Source: an uncultured virus (IMG/VR IMGVR_UViG_3300022928_000007)
Lineage: Duplodnaviria; Heunggongvirae; Uroviricota; Caudoviricetes
Direction: 5' to 3' (one strand)
DNA length: 64,000 nt
IMG/VR virus record: IMGVR_UViG_3300022928_000007
Both the position numbers and the translations under genes were made by a program. This document shows positions 22,353-32,050 of this stretch, in pieces (positions within the stretch are counted from its first letter, which is position 1; the number at the start of each line of letters is the position of its first letter). The notes under the pieces are model-generated. The model searched no databases, was not told the origin of the DNA, and saw only the letters and a list, made by a program, of their open reading frames with translations.

Positions 22353-24275
22353 ATGGCAACACTATCAGGAAATAATTGTACAATAATAACCATCATACCG
22401 ATGGAGGTTGAATGTAAAATAACAGATGCGTCCTCACCGACAGCGACAGATGGTATTGCAGAAGTTCAAATATTAGGAGGTACTGCTCCATATACTATTC
22501 AATGGAGTAATGGTGGACAAGGTACTACTATAACAAATTTATCACCTGGAACTTATTCTGCAACAGTTACAGATTATTATGGTGATTACGTTGTAACAAC
22601 TTCTTGTGTCGTAGGTTCATCTACAAGTATTTTTTATCAATTTGATGAATGTGATGGAGGTCCGACCGTTTATGTTTCAGGAAGCACATATGACCCTCCA
22701 TTTCCTAATTTTAAACCAATTATTAAATTTAATGAAATTTCAGGTTGTTTTGAATTTATAGGGCCTATTTCGAGTGCGGGACTACCTTACTCAGATTTAA
22801 CAATATCTAATTCTTATACAACTTGTGATGCATGTAATCCGCCAACTCCAACACCATTACCACAAGGAGACCTATGTTTATTTAGTCCTCAACTTGGTGT
22901 ACAATATGATTTTGAAGCAAACGGTACTGATAATAACGGAAACTTCCAATGGATTAATACAGCTAATGGTTTAGTTATGAGTTATAATGTCACTAATGGT
23001 TGGTGGGAAGTTACCCCATGGAGTAATGTGGGTACAGGTACTATGAATTTAATACAGAGTCCACCAAATACTCTACCTATTGGTAGTGATTGGGAAAACA
23101 TGGGAGGTAACCCTAAGTTTACTTGGCAAGTTCAAACGGGACTTTGTGGTTCCTTACCTCTTTCATTAAACTTAAGTGTATCTCAACCTAATTGTGAAGG
23201 GGAAAACGGTAGTGTTATAATGACTGCTTCAGAAGGTGTACCACCATATCAATATAAGATAGATGGAATTACGCCGTATCAAGGTTCAGGAGTGTTTAAT
23301 AATGTGGCGCCAGGTTCCTACACTGCAACAGTTCAAGATAGTGATACACCTCCAAGTACTACAAGTGTGAATTTTGTGATTGATACTGGAGAGTCAGCAA
23401 CAATATATGATGTAATATTAACTAAAACTCCTACAATTACAACGGTTAATGAACCTCAAAATTCTGTTACTATAAGTTATGACTACGCAGTAACTGTTAG
23501 TCCTACTACATTACCTGCAGGAGTTGAAATTAGTCTAAATTTAAGATTTAATCATACAGAAGAAAGAAAGGCACCGATAGATAGTACTTCAGCTATCTTT
23601 ACGACATTTATAGTGGGTAATGCGGATGGGTTCCCTATGACATTTACGCAAAGTGCTCAAGATGTAAATCCTGGAGAAAATTGTCAAGACATTTATATTG
23701 GGGATATTACAACATATACTAGTACGTCAAATACAATATCAATCACTCAGGGTTCTACAGTAACGGGTACTGTTACACAGGCAGTTGATTTAAATACAGT
23801 ATCCCCTAATTGTTATTGTCCGACCGTTGGTATTAATCAAGTTAGCTTTAATGCTGAGAACTTAGTTCTGGCGGGAAGTAACTGTGGTACTTTAGGTAAT
23901 ATTAAAAGTAACACCATAACAGAATCAGTCACAAGAAGTGGATGTGGAGGTCAACCATCAGGTGAGTCACCGATATTTGTTTCACAGGGTACTACGATAT
24001 GTAATATTTTCTGTAGTCAAAATTTCTTAGTTAATAGTCAGAAAACTTGTGATGGAGACCCATTACAACCTACATTTATATATGGTATTTCGAATGGTAT
24101 AGAGGGAGGATATTACGCTTATTGGAGTTCATCAACAGAGACACCTAACGGACAATTTAGAATTGCAAAATTACAAACTGCGACATCAGGTCCAAATGTG
24201 GGATTATTTGGTCAAGTGATAGCTCTGTATGGTGGTCAATGTAGTTCAACTACCGGTGAATGTATACCACTATAA
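22353..24275 (+). CDS. SprB-repeat-containing Cys-rich putative virion protein
   Basis: DGIAEVQILGGTAPYTIQWSNG..ITNLSPGTYSATVTD and NGSVIMTASEGVPPYQY..FNNVAPGSYTATVQD resemble SprB repeats. Confidence 0.7.
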   Translation: MATLSGNNCTIITIIPMEVECKITDASSPTATDGIAEVQILGGTAPYTIQWSNGGQGTTITNLSPGTYSATVTDYYGDYVVTTSCVVGSSTSIFYQFDECDGGPTVYVSGSTYDPPFPNFKPIIKFNEISGCFEFIGPISSAGLPYSDLTISNSYTTCDACNPPTPTPLPQGDLCLFSPQLGVQYDFEANGTDNNGNFQWINTANGLVMSYNVTNGWWEVTPWSNVGTGTMNLIQSPPNTLPIGSDWENMGGNPKFTWQVQTGLCGSLPLSLNLSVSQPNCEGENGSVIMTASEGVPPYQYKIDGITPYQGSGVFNNVAPGSYTATVQDSDTPPSTTSVNFVIDTGESATIYDVILTKTPTITTVNEPQNSVTISYDYAVTVSPTTLPAGVEISLNLRFNHTEERKAPIDSTSAIFTTFIVGNADGFPMTFTQSAQDVNPGENCQDIYIGDITTYTSTSNTISITQGSTVTGTVTQAVDLNTVSPNCYCPTVGINQVSFNAENLVLAGSNCGTLGNIKSNTITESVTRSGCGGQPSGESPIFVSQGTTICNIFCSQNFLVNSQKTCDGDPLQPTFIYGISNGIEGGYYAYWSSSTETPNGQFRIAKLQTATSGPNVGLFGQVIALYGGQCSSTTGECIPL

Positions 24276-24324
24276 TAAAATGAATAAAATTAATAAAATT
24301 TAATAATAAAACTATTTATAAAAC

Positions 24325-26571
24325 ATGGGATATATAATTAAAGATACAGCAGCGTTAATTAACAGTAAGTTGACTGATGCTGGAAGGAAAAAAATATCTG
24401 AAGGAGCATTTAATGTTTCTTACTTCCAAGTCGGAGACAGTGAGGTATGTTATGACTGTATACCTAGTTCTAATTTATCAACAGGTATGGTTTTGGATGC
24501 GGAATATAACGCACAAAATCTATCACCATTACCTGAGAAGAATAAAGCAAATGTTAAATATCCGTTACTAGTTACTACACAATCTACTAATACATATGGT
24601 ATTCCTATTCCTGAACCTCAGATTGATAACATTTATAATACTGCAGCCACGTTAGGGTTTTTTACAGGGGAAACATCATTTTCTTTTAGTAACATTAAAG
24701 ACCATAGTTTCACCGCATTTACATCAAGTGCTTATACGATAAACCCTAATTATGTAATACCGATGGGTACTTTAAATTCAGGTAATACAGTTAGTTTAAA
24801 TGCGTCTATAATTAATAGTGGAGTAACAGGAACTGTTATTTCTAATCATATAATGACAGTTTACTTCTCAGATAATAGTACACAACCAATAAGTAATAAC
24901 TATCCTGTATTAACATATAAAGTTATAGATATAACAGGTACAACATCAGGGAATACAGGACCAATAACAGTAAAAGTAGATAGACAATTACCCGACTTAC
25001 AAAGTATGGGATATGTAGGAGATGCTAGAGTTATATTTTATCCAACAGGGATGACAGAAATATACGATACCTATACTCCTGAATTTTATTGGAATCAAGA
25101 CGCAATTAACTTTGAAAGTAATTGTGATATATCTAATTTTTATGTAAAAGTGTGGAATATGAATATTCCGTGGACAGAAAATCCTGCAGGTTTATTCTCT
25201 AACACTTATCAAGGATATGAACAATTTGGTTCTACAGGATATACGGGTACAAAAGAATATTTAGGTTATAATTCAAATACGGGTCAAACTGATACTGATT
25301 CAACTTATTATTATAATTCATTTTCTGAAAAAGTTATTTTATCACCTTCGGACCAAAAATCTATAGCGATTGTACATTATACTAATCAATCAATAGATAA
25401 TTTTTATGGTGAAAAATTTGCCTTAACTTATACTGATACTAATTTTGATATATCAGGACAAACAGGACCCGCAAGACGATTCAGAGTTAATGTACCAACA
25501 TTGATGTGGCATAAATCTAGTGGAGGTACAATGGGACAAACCTTCTATGTTGACCCTGATGGATTTGAAAAAGAAAATTTATTTCAACCACACTATATAG
25601 AATCCAACGTTAATACGGATATGAATAATCCTGGTATTAGATATTATCATTTATGGGACACTAACCCTAATACAAATGGTTTTCCTAATAGGGTTGGTAA
25701 GGTATGGCCTGATTTTAAAATGATAACATTCGATGATGATGAGATTATAGCGTCACTAAGTTACAAGTCTAATAGAAACTGGACATTACCCGCACCTAAA
25801 TTAGGATTAATTGTACCTAACACATTTAATGGTACTACGGGTAGTGATACAGGATTACTATCAGGTACCACAGAGTGTCTTTGGTTAACATATAGATTTA
25901 ATCACTCAGCATTTACAGAATCTTTACACTGTAACTATTATACTCAGATATGTGGAACTGACCCTGATTGTCCACCTGACACTGCAGACGTAACTATTAG
26001 GTTTGGTAATGAGTTTCCGTTTTTAGTTAGCGATGGTAGTCAATCAGGATTCTCTGCTAATGATATTATAATTTTAGCTCAAAAAGTTGTTAATGGTGAA
26101 AAACCTGACCCTACAGAATGGTATGAAATCGATATGACAAGTCAATTAAGTGGAACATCTGTTAGTGGAAACATTACAGTTTCTGGTCTAACAGGTAGTA
26201 CATTAGTACTTAATAAAACTATGTATGATGATGCAGTTTCTAATGGAGACCAATATGATTTATCAAATTATATTGACCTTCCTACAAATAATGAACCTGA
26301 ACCAACTTTAAACTTTGGAGATGAATATTATTTTTATGGTAATATTTCATCAGATATACAAGCCACAATTTATGTGATGAATTATAAATGTAATTTAGGA
26401 CCTACTCAATTCTTAACTTCTCAAAATCCAACATGGTCTACTGCTGATTCACCATATATTACTGAAGTTGGACTTTACGATTCTAATAAAGAACTTATGA
26501 TTATATCTAAGATACAATCCCCTGAAAAAAGACAGGGTATACAACAGTATAGTATAAAGTTAGATTTTTAA
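24325..26571 (+). CDS. Putative tail/baseplate structural protein
   Basis: N-terminal LTDAGRKKI...FQVGDSE and C-terminal YITEVGLYD..ELM..SK motifs resemble tail-collar/baseplate proteins; TATTTATA at 24313-24320. Confidence 0.55.
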   Translation: MGYIIKDTAALINSKLTDAGRKKISEGAFNVSYFQVGDSEVCYDCIPSSNLSTGMVLDAEYNAQNLSPLPEKNKANVKYPLLVTTQSTNTYGIPIPEPQIDNIYNTAATLGFFTGETSFSFSNIKDHSFTAFTSSAYTINPNYVIPMGTLNSGNTVSLNASIINSGVTGTVISNHIMTVYFSDNSTQPISNNYPVLTYKVIDITGTTSGNTGPITVKVDRQLPDLQSMGYVGDARVIFYPTGMTEIYDTYTPEFYWNQDAINFESNCDISNFYVKVWNMNIPWTENPAGLFSNTYQGYEQFGSTGYTGTKEYLGYNSNTGQTDTDSTYYYNSFSEKVILSPSDQKSIAIVHYTNQSIDNFYGEKFALTYTDTNFDISGQTGPARRFRVNVPTLMWHKSSGGTMGQTFYVDPDGFEKENLFQPHYIESNVNTDMNNPGIRYYHLWDTNPNTNGFPNRVGKVWPDFKMITFDDDEIIASLSYKSNRNWTLPAPKLGLIVPNTFNGTTGSDTGLLSGTTECLWLTYRFNHSAFTESLHCNYYTQICGTDPDCPPDTADVTIRFGNEFPFLVSDGSQSGFSANDIIILAQKVVNGEKPDPTEWYEIDMTSQLSGTSVSGNITVSGLTGSTLVLNKTMYDDAVSNGDQYDLSNYIDLPTNNEPEPTLNFGDEYYFYGNISSDIQATIYVMNYKCNLGPTQFLTSQNPTWSTADSPYITEVGLYDSNKELMIISKIQSPEKRQGIQQYSIKLDF

Positions 26572-26580
26572 AATAATCAT

Positions 26581-27183
26581 ATGTCAAAACAAGAATTAAA
26601 TAACACCCCTAAGGTATTAGGGTTGGATATATCTACAAAAACAATCGGATGGGCATTGTTTGATAATAACACTCAAAAATTATTAGAGTTAACACATTTT
26701 TCACCTATTATTAAACCTAAACCTGAAGAAAAAATAGAAGAATTACTTCTTAAAGTGGATGGTTTTAAGGAGAAGATTGAAGGTTACAAAGATTTAAATA
26801 TTGAAAGAGTTGTAATTGAAGAACCACTTTTAAACTCAAATAATATATGGACTGTAGGTACGTTATTGAGATATAATTCAATGATTTCAAGAGTAATATA
26901 TGAAGTATTAGGTATTATACCTAATTACATATCTACATATAATTCACGTAAATTTGCATGGCCTGACTTAGTTAATGATAATGGTAAGGGTAAAAAAGTA
27001 TTATTTGGAGGACTTCCTAAAACTATCGATAAAAAAGAAATAGTTTGGAAAAAAGTTGCAGATGCGGAACCACAAATTGTTTGGTTGTATACTCGAAATA
27101 ATACTTTAAAGAAAGAATGTTTTGACCAGGCGGACGCTTACACATGTGTCCAAGGTTATATGAAACAACAAGGTCTTTGGTAA
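26581..27183 (+). CDS. RuvC-like Holliday junction resolvase
   Basis: VLGLDIST..GWA, VVIEEP, DQADA acidic motifs of the RNase H/RuvC fold. Confidence 0.75.
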   Translation: MSKQELNNTPKVLGLDISTKTIGWALFDNNTQKLLELTHFSPIIKPKPEEKIEELLLKVDGFKEKIEGYKDLNIERVVIEEPLLNSNNIWTVGTLLRYNSMISRVIYEVLGIIPNYISTYNSRKFAWPDLVNDNGKGKKVLFGGLPKTIDKKEIVWKKVADAEPQIVWLYTRNNTLKKECFDQADAYTCVQGYMKQQGLW

Positions 27184-27222
27184 TTTGATTTTTATTTTCT
27201 TTTAAACTATACTTAGTCCTGT

Positions 27223-28152
27223 ATGGACAATCAAGATGATTTATTGGTAGTTGATTTGTTAGTCAACATATTTGGTAACTCCCATTTACATAATGAAATG
27301 AGGGGACAAATATCTTTTGATTGCCCTGTATGTTCACACGATATTAAAGGGTTAGATAAAGGTGATGGTAAAGGTAATTTAGAAATAAACTACTCACAAC
27401 ATGTTTATAAATGTTGGGCTTGTGCGGAAACTCATGGTACCCATGGACATTTAGGTAGACTTATAGATAAATATGGTACCAAAAAAGACAAACAATTCTA
27501 TACTTTAGTAAGACCCGATGAGTTTGTTAGGGATAGTAGAAAGTATAAGGTACTAAAGTTACCAAAAGAATACCAAAGATTTGATGAAGTAAATCCTATA
27601 TATCCTCCAAGAGCACAAGCATATAATTATTTAAAAAGAAGAGGAATTACGGATAGTATCATTAAAAAGTATGATATTGGTTTCGCAAATGGCGGAGATT
27701 ATTCAGGGAGGATTATTGTTCCATCTTTTGACCAAGATGGGATACTTAACTATTTTGTTGCACGTAGTTGGAATAAATATTCTAAACTAAAATACAAAAA
27801 TCCTGAAGCTCCCAAAGAACTGTTAATCTTTAACGAGAGTCGAATTAATTGGGAGGAAGATATATGGATTGTTGAAGGTGTGTTTGATAGTTTTTTTGTA
27901 CCTAATTCTATTCCTCTATTAGGTAAATTTATTTCTGAAAAGTTATGGGAGACTCTTTATGATAAATCTAAAGGGAGAATAAAAATATGTTTAGACCCTG
28001 ATGCTTGGGAGGATGCTAAAGGTTTATATTATAAATTAAGTGGGGGTAAATTATATGGTAAAATAGATATAATTAAACTACCCGATGGTAAAGACTTAGG
28101 TGACTTAAGAGGGGTTATACCTGATGGGTGTTATATAAAATTAGAAAAATGA
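27223..28152 (+). CDS. DNA primase (Zn finger + TOPRIM)
   Basis: CPVC...CWAC, YLKRRGI, RIIVPS, FVAR, KYKNP, IVEGVFD, LDPDA, KDLGD. Confidence 0.85.
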   Translation: MDNQDDLLVVDLLVNIFGNSHLHNEMRGQISFDCPVCSHDIKGLDKGDGKGNLEINYSQHVYKCWACAETHGTHGHLGRLIDKYGTKKDKQFYTLVRPDEFVRDSRKYKVLKLPKEYQRFDEVNPIYPPRAQAYNYLKRRGITDSIIKKYDIGFANGGDYSGRIIVPSFDQDGILNYFVARSWNKYSKLKYKNPEAPKELLIFNESRINWEEDIWIVEGVFDSFFVPNSIPLLGKFISEKLWETLYDKSKGRIKICLDPDAWEDAKGLYYKLSGGKLYGKIDIIKLPDGKDLGDLRGVIPDGCYIKLEK

Positions 28153-29009
28153 TAGAAAATATAGAAAAAGTATCTCAAGAGATTAGAAATATAATTGAGG
28201 ATAAGAAAAAAGAATTAGAACTTTCTTTTATTGAAGAAGACCATATATACTTTATGAAAGATAGAAATGGTAAAGTAAGAAATAATTTCCCTTCAGTATC
28301 TAAAGTTTTAAAACATTTTTATGAACCATTTCCTGCTGAGGATATTGCATATAAAAAAGCTAAAGGGGATAGAGTAGAGATGGAAAGATTGTTAGATGAG
28401 TGGGCTGCGGCAGGTTCATACGCAACTAATATGGGTTCACGTACACACTTTATATTAGAGAAGAAGACTATTGATGATTATGGTGGTTATAAAGATGTGA
28501 GAGAACCTCTTTTCGAGTGTGATTTAGAGCAAGAAATGAGAAGTAATTCTATGATTAAAGGGGGTGAAAAGTTTCTTAAATTGATGAAAGAAAGAGGAGC
28601 GTATCTATTAGATACTGAGATGGTCTTAGGTCATCCCGACTTAGGTTATACTGGTCAGCCTGATAAAGTTTGGTTAATTATGAATAGAGAAAAAACAGGA
28701 TTTGGTTTGGTTATAACTGATTGGAAAACAAACAAAGAAAAAAATTTTAAGACTAATCAATGGACTAAACCAATGAAAGAACCCTTTCAAGATTTACCAG
28801 ATAATGCCTTAGGCCATTATAAATTACAATTACCTTTTTATGGTAGATTAATTTTAAAAATGTTGGAGGGTACAAAGTACGAAAACATTTCACTTTTAGG
28901 ATGTGTTATCGTATTATTAAAAGACAATACAGAGTTTGAAGAATTCAAAGTACCTTCTTCAGTTATTAATAAAGTTATGAGTTTGAAATTATCAGATTAT
29001 GGAATTTAA
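28149..29009 (+). CDS. PD-(D/E)XK nuclease (exonuclease-like)
   Basis: PSVS, G..TH, E...GQPD, ITDWKT, Y.LQL..Y; ATGA overlap with the primase stop. Confidence 0.8.
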   Translation: MIENIEKVSQEIRNIIEDKKKELELSFIEEDHIYFMKDRNGKVRNNFPSVSKVLKHFYEPFPAEDIAYKKAKGDRVEMERLLDEWAAAGSYATNMGSRTHFILEKKTIDDYGGYKDVREPLFECDLEQEMRSNSMIKGGEKFLKLMKERGAYLLDTEMVLGHPDLGYTGQPDKVWLIMNREKTGFGLVITDWKTNKEKNFKTNQWTKPMKEPFQDLPDNALGHYKLQLPFYGRLILKMLEGTKYENISLLGCVIVLLKDNTEFEEFKVPSSVINKVMSLKLSDYGI

Positions 29010-29610
29010 AGAAAGATTTCCTGATTTATTCAATAGTGAAAATATTGATGAATGGAAAAAAAAGAATATTAGAAAAGAATTTTTATCTTACGAATGGGAT
29101 ATGATGGTTCAAGAAGTTGCACCTGATGTTTTTGAATTTCCATTATTTAATAAAGAATTTTGTGACAACTTCGTCAAAGTTTTAAATAGTATTAATTGGG
29201 ACCAAATAAATAGATGGGGAACACCCGTCTACTCAACTAATTTAAGAAAGTTTGATATTGACAAAGTTATGACTCATATCATACATGAGTATATCTTTAG
29301 CATAATTCAGAAAGAATGGAAATTAGAGGGTAAAAAATGGAAATTAGTACAACCTGATAATAATATATTTAAACTCGAAGAGGGTCAAGAAATAAGACTT
29401 CATCATGACTACGTACATATATCATTATATTGTAAATTAGACGGAGACAGTGAAGGTGGGGAGATAGTTTTTGATAAGTACGGTAAAACTATAACCCCTA
29501 AACAGGGCTATGTTTATATGTACCCTGGTCAAATTACCCATAGATATGGGATAAAAAGAATAAATAAAGGTGACAGATATTTTTTAATGTCATATTGTAT
29601 AAGTGATTAG
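28999..29610 (+). CDS. PLOD-type 2OG-Fe(II) oxygenase paralogue, possibly atypical active site
   Basis: VFEFPLFNKEFC, LHHD, EGGEI.F, YPGQITHRYG, RY; Tyr at the distal His position. Confidence 0.7.
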   Translation: MEFKERFPDLFNSENIDEWKKKNIRKEFLSYEWDMMVQEVAPDVFEFPLFNKEFCDNFVKVLNSINWDQINRWGTPVYSTNLRKFDIDKVMTHIIHEYIFSIIQKEWKLEGKKWKLVQPDNNIFKLEEGQEIRLHHDYVHISLYCKLDGDSEGGEIVFDKYGKTITPKQGYVYMYPGQITHRYGIKRINKGDRYFLMSYCISD

Positions 29611-29764
29611 AGTATCGAATAACATATTATTAATTTTAGGTGTAACATTTTTTCTAATTGGTAGGGAAATTGGAGGAATATTTCCTTCATTTATGTTTGG
29701 TTTATGTTTTGGAATGATATATCTAAATTACAGAGAAGATAAAAAAAATAGTAATGGAAAATAA
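29603..29764 (+). CDS. Small membrane protein (53 aa), not in ORF track
   Basis: GTG start; ..NNILLILGVTFFLIGREIGGIFPSFMFGLCFGMIYLNY..; fills the gap between the two oxygenases. Confidence 0.4.
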   Translation: MIRVSNNILLILGVTFFLIGREIGGIFPSFMFGLCFGMIYLNYREDKKNSNGK

Positions 29765-30389
29765 ACACAGTAATTATATTCATCCTGAATTATACACTTA
29801 TTTTGATAATCCTGATGAGTGGGAAAAAAGATTCCTTAAAAATGAAGTTAAATCTAAAAATTGGGAATTATATGTACAAGAAGAATTATTGAACATATAT
29901 ACAATACCTGTATTTACTGATGAGTTTTGTGATTTTATTATAGAAGAGGCCGAATCTTGCAATTGTTGGACTGTAGATAGACACGAAAGTTATCCCACTA
30001 CAGATATGGTTTTAAACACTATAGGTTTAGGTGAAACTTATCATGCTATATTAAAAAAATATATATGGCCTTTAAGTAAAAAATTATTTAAATTGGAAGA
30101 AGAGTCATGGTTAGATATGAGAAGTGAAAACTTTATTGCTAGATATCATCCATATGCTCAGTATCATTTATCACTTCATCATGATGCAAGTCAAATAACT
30201 ACTGTAATTACTTTAAACGAAGATTTTGAAGGGGGAGGTACTTATTTCCCTAATCAAAACGCAAAACTAAAAGGTAAAAAGGGGGATATGTCTATTCATC
30301 CTGGTCAAATAACACATTGGCATGGGGGGTTACCCGTTGAGGCAGGTCAAAGATATATTATAGTCTCTTTTTGTTCATTAAAACGATAA
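29754..30389 (+). CDS. PLOD (lysyl hydroxylase)-like 2OG-Fe(II) dioxygenase
   Basis: YPTTD, NFIARY, LSLHHDAS, LNEDFEGGGTYF, HPGQITHWHGGLP, RYIIVSF closely parallel the PLOD catalytic domain. Confidence 0.8.
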   Translation: MENKHSNYIHPELYTYFDNPDEWEKRFLKNEVKSKNWELYVQEELLNIYTIPVFTDEFCDFIIEEAESCNCWTVDRHESYPTTDMVLNTIGLGETYHAILKKYIWPLSKKLFKLEEESWLDMRSENFIARYHPYAQYHLSLHHDASQITTVITLNEDFEGGGTYFPNQNAKLKGKKGDMSIHPGQITHWHGGLPVEAGQRYIIVSFCSLKR

Positions 30390-30392
30390 CGT

Positions 30393-30620
30393 ATGGATAT
30401 AGGAAATCAAAATCAAATGAGGGTAAATCCATTAGATTTACCAAATGTAAAATGTGAAGAATGTGAAAATATTTTTTATAAAAAAGTGACAATTATAAAA
30501 AAAGTTAGTAAGTTACTAACAGGTTCAGCGACAGACGAGTTAATTCCAATGGAAACCTACATATGTACTGAATGTTCACATATAAATAAAGATTTTAATA
30601 TTATTGGAGATGAAAAGTAG
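30393..30620 (+). CDS. Zn-ribbon protein
   Basis: CEEC...CTEC. Confidence 0.65.
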   Translation: MDIGNQNQMRVNPLDLPNVKCEECENIFYKKVTIIKKVSKLLTGSATDELIPMETYICTECSHINKDFNIIGDEK

Positions 30621-30846
30621 AGATTTTGTAATATGGATTGATGGATTCATACAGGGTAAAATTAATTTAAGTGTTGATGATATTAGACATATTAAAAATA
30701 AGATTGAAGAAGTTAATTTAGATTCAGAAGAAAAAATAATCATCAGAAGAGAAGGACCACCCACTCAACCTATTATTATTCAAGAACCTAATCAAAATGA
30801 AGAAGGATTAGATTTTCCTGGTAAACCACCTAATGTGTATATGTAA
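30610..30846 (+). CDS. Hypothetical phage protein
   Basis: MKSRDFVIWIDGF; overlaps the upstream stop. Confidence 0.6.
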   Translation: MKSRDFVIWIDGFIQGKINLSVDDIRHIKNKIEEVNLDSEEKIIIRREGPPTQPIIIQEPNQNEEGLDFPGKPPNVYM

Positions 30847-30929
30847 CATGAAAAATGAAAAAGAAAATGATTTCTACTTTTGGGATGAAATGTGGAATAT
30901 TCCTGAAGAAAAAACTAAAAAAAATAAAA

Positions 30930-31268
30930 ATGAGAAAATTACTACAAAAAATAGCTTGGAAAACGAACAAGTGGACGACAAAGATAAGTCTATTTAATAT
31001 ATATTTAGGTGGAGACAATCATAAGTTCGGTTTTCAAATACTTAATATTGATAAGGGATTTATATGGTCAGGTTCACTTTTTGAAATTACTTGGTATTTC
31101 CCAACAGTTACACATGCCGGAGAACTAACAATTGATATTTTATACTTATTTGAAAAATGGGACAATTGGTGTATAGATATGACTGATAGAGTTATGTGGG
31201 GTTCAGGACTTAGTCGATGGGAGAGAATAAATAGATTTATTCATACTAAATTCAAATCAATAAGATAA
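30930..31268 (+). CDS. Hypothetical protein
   Basis: Likely start MRKLLQK after an A-rich leader; stop overlaps the next start. Confidence 0.5.
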   Translation: MRKLLQKIAWKTNKWTTKISLFNIYLGGDNHKFGFQILNIDKGFIWSGSLFEITWYFPTVTHAGELTIDILYLFEKWDNWCIDMTDRVMWGSGLSRWERINRFIHTKFKSIR

Positions 31269-32050
31269 TGATAAAAAAAATAGTACATTTTTCTGATTTA
31301 CATTTAAGATTATTTAAAGACCACGATTTATATAGACGTATTGTTCAAGATATGTTAGATAAATTTAAAGAAATAAATCCTGACCGTATTGTCTTTACAG
31401 GTGATTTAGTCCATAGTAAAAATCAAATGACACCAGAATTAATTGAAATTGTTGCGTGGGTTTTAACTGAGTGTACTAAAATTTGTAAAACTATTCTTAT
31501 ACCAGGTAATCATGATTTTCTAAATAATAATCTTAATCGATTGGATGCACTTACACCCATAATCGACTCTTTACAAAATAGTGAAATTGTATATTACAGA
31601 GATAGAGGAGTGTATGAGGACAAAAATATTAGTTGGTGTGTCTACTCACAATTTCAAGGAAATATACCACCTGAAATATCAACAGCTAAAGGGTATAAAA
31701 TAGGTTTATTCCATGACCCAATACAAGGTTTAGTTACGGATACAGGATATGGTTTTGGGGACCACGCATATGATATAAAGAAATTTAAAGGGTTAGATGT
31801 CTTATTATGTGGTGATATACATAAAAGACAAGTTATCGATATACCTAATAAGAAAAAGGCATATATGGTTGGCTCAACCATTCAACAGAATTTTGGAGAA
31901 AGTGTAACAAAACATGGATTTGGTATTTATAGTATAAAAGAAGATACGTATGAGTTTGTCGATTTAATTAATCCTAGGCCATTCCTATCTTTTAAAATAA
32001 CAGATATTGAAGATTTAGAAAAAGGACATGAACAACTCACCAATTATTAA
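31268..32050 (+). CDS. SbcD/Mre11-like metallophosphoesterase (gp47-like)
   Basis: SDLH, TGDLVH, PGNHD, GDIH, GSTIQQNFGE. Confidence 0.85.
   Translation: MIKKIVHFSDLHLRLFKDHDLYRRIVQDMLDKFKEINPDRIVFTGDLVHSKNQMTPELIEIVAWVLTECTKICKTILIPGNHDFLNNNLNRLDALTPIIDSLQNSEIVYYRDRGVYEDKNISWCVYSQFQGNIPPEISTAKGYKIGLFHDPIQGLVTDTGYGFGDHAYDIKKFKGLDVLLCGDIHKRQVIDIPNKKKAYMVGSTIQQNFGESVTKHGFGIYSIKEDTYEFVDLINPRPFLSFKITDIEDLEKGHEQLTNY

Noticed and set aside
30848..30997. 49-aa ORF MKNEKENDFYFWDEMW...
   Set aside because: Plausible but short, low complexity and overlapping the next gene; cannot be supported.
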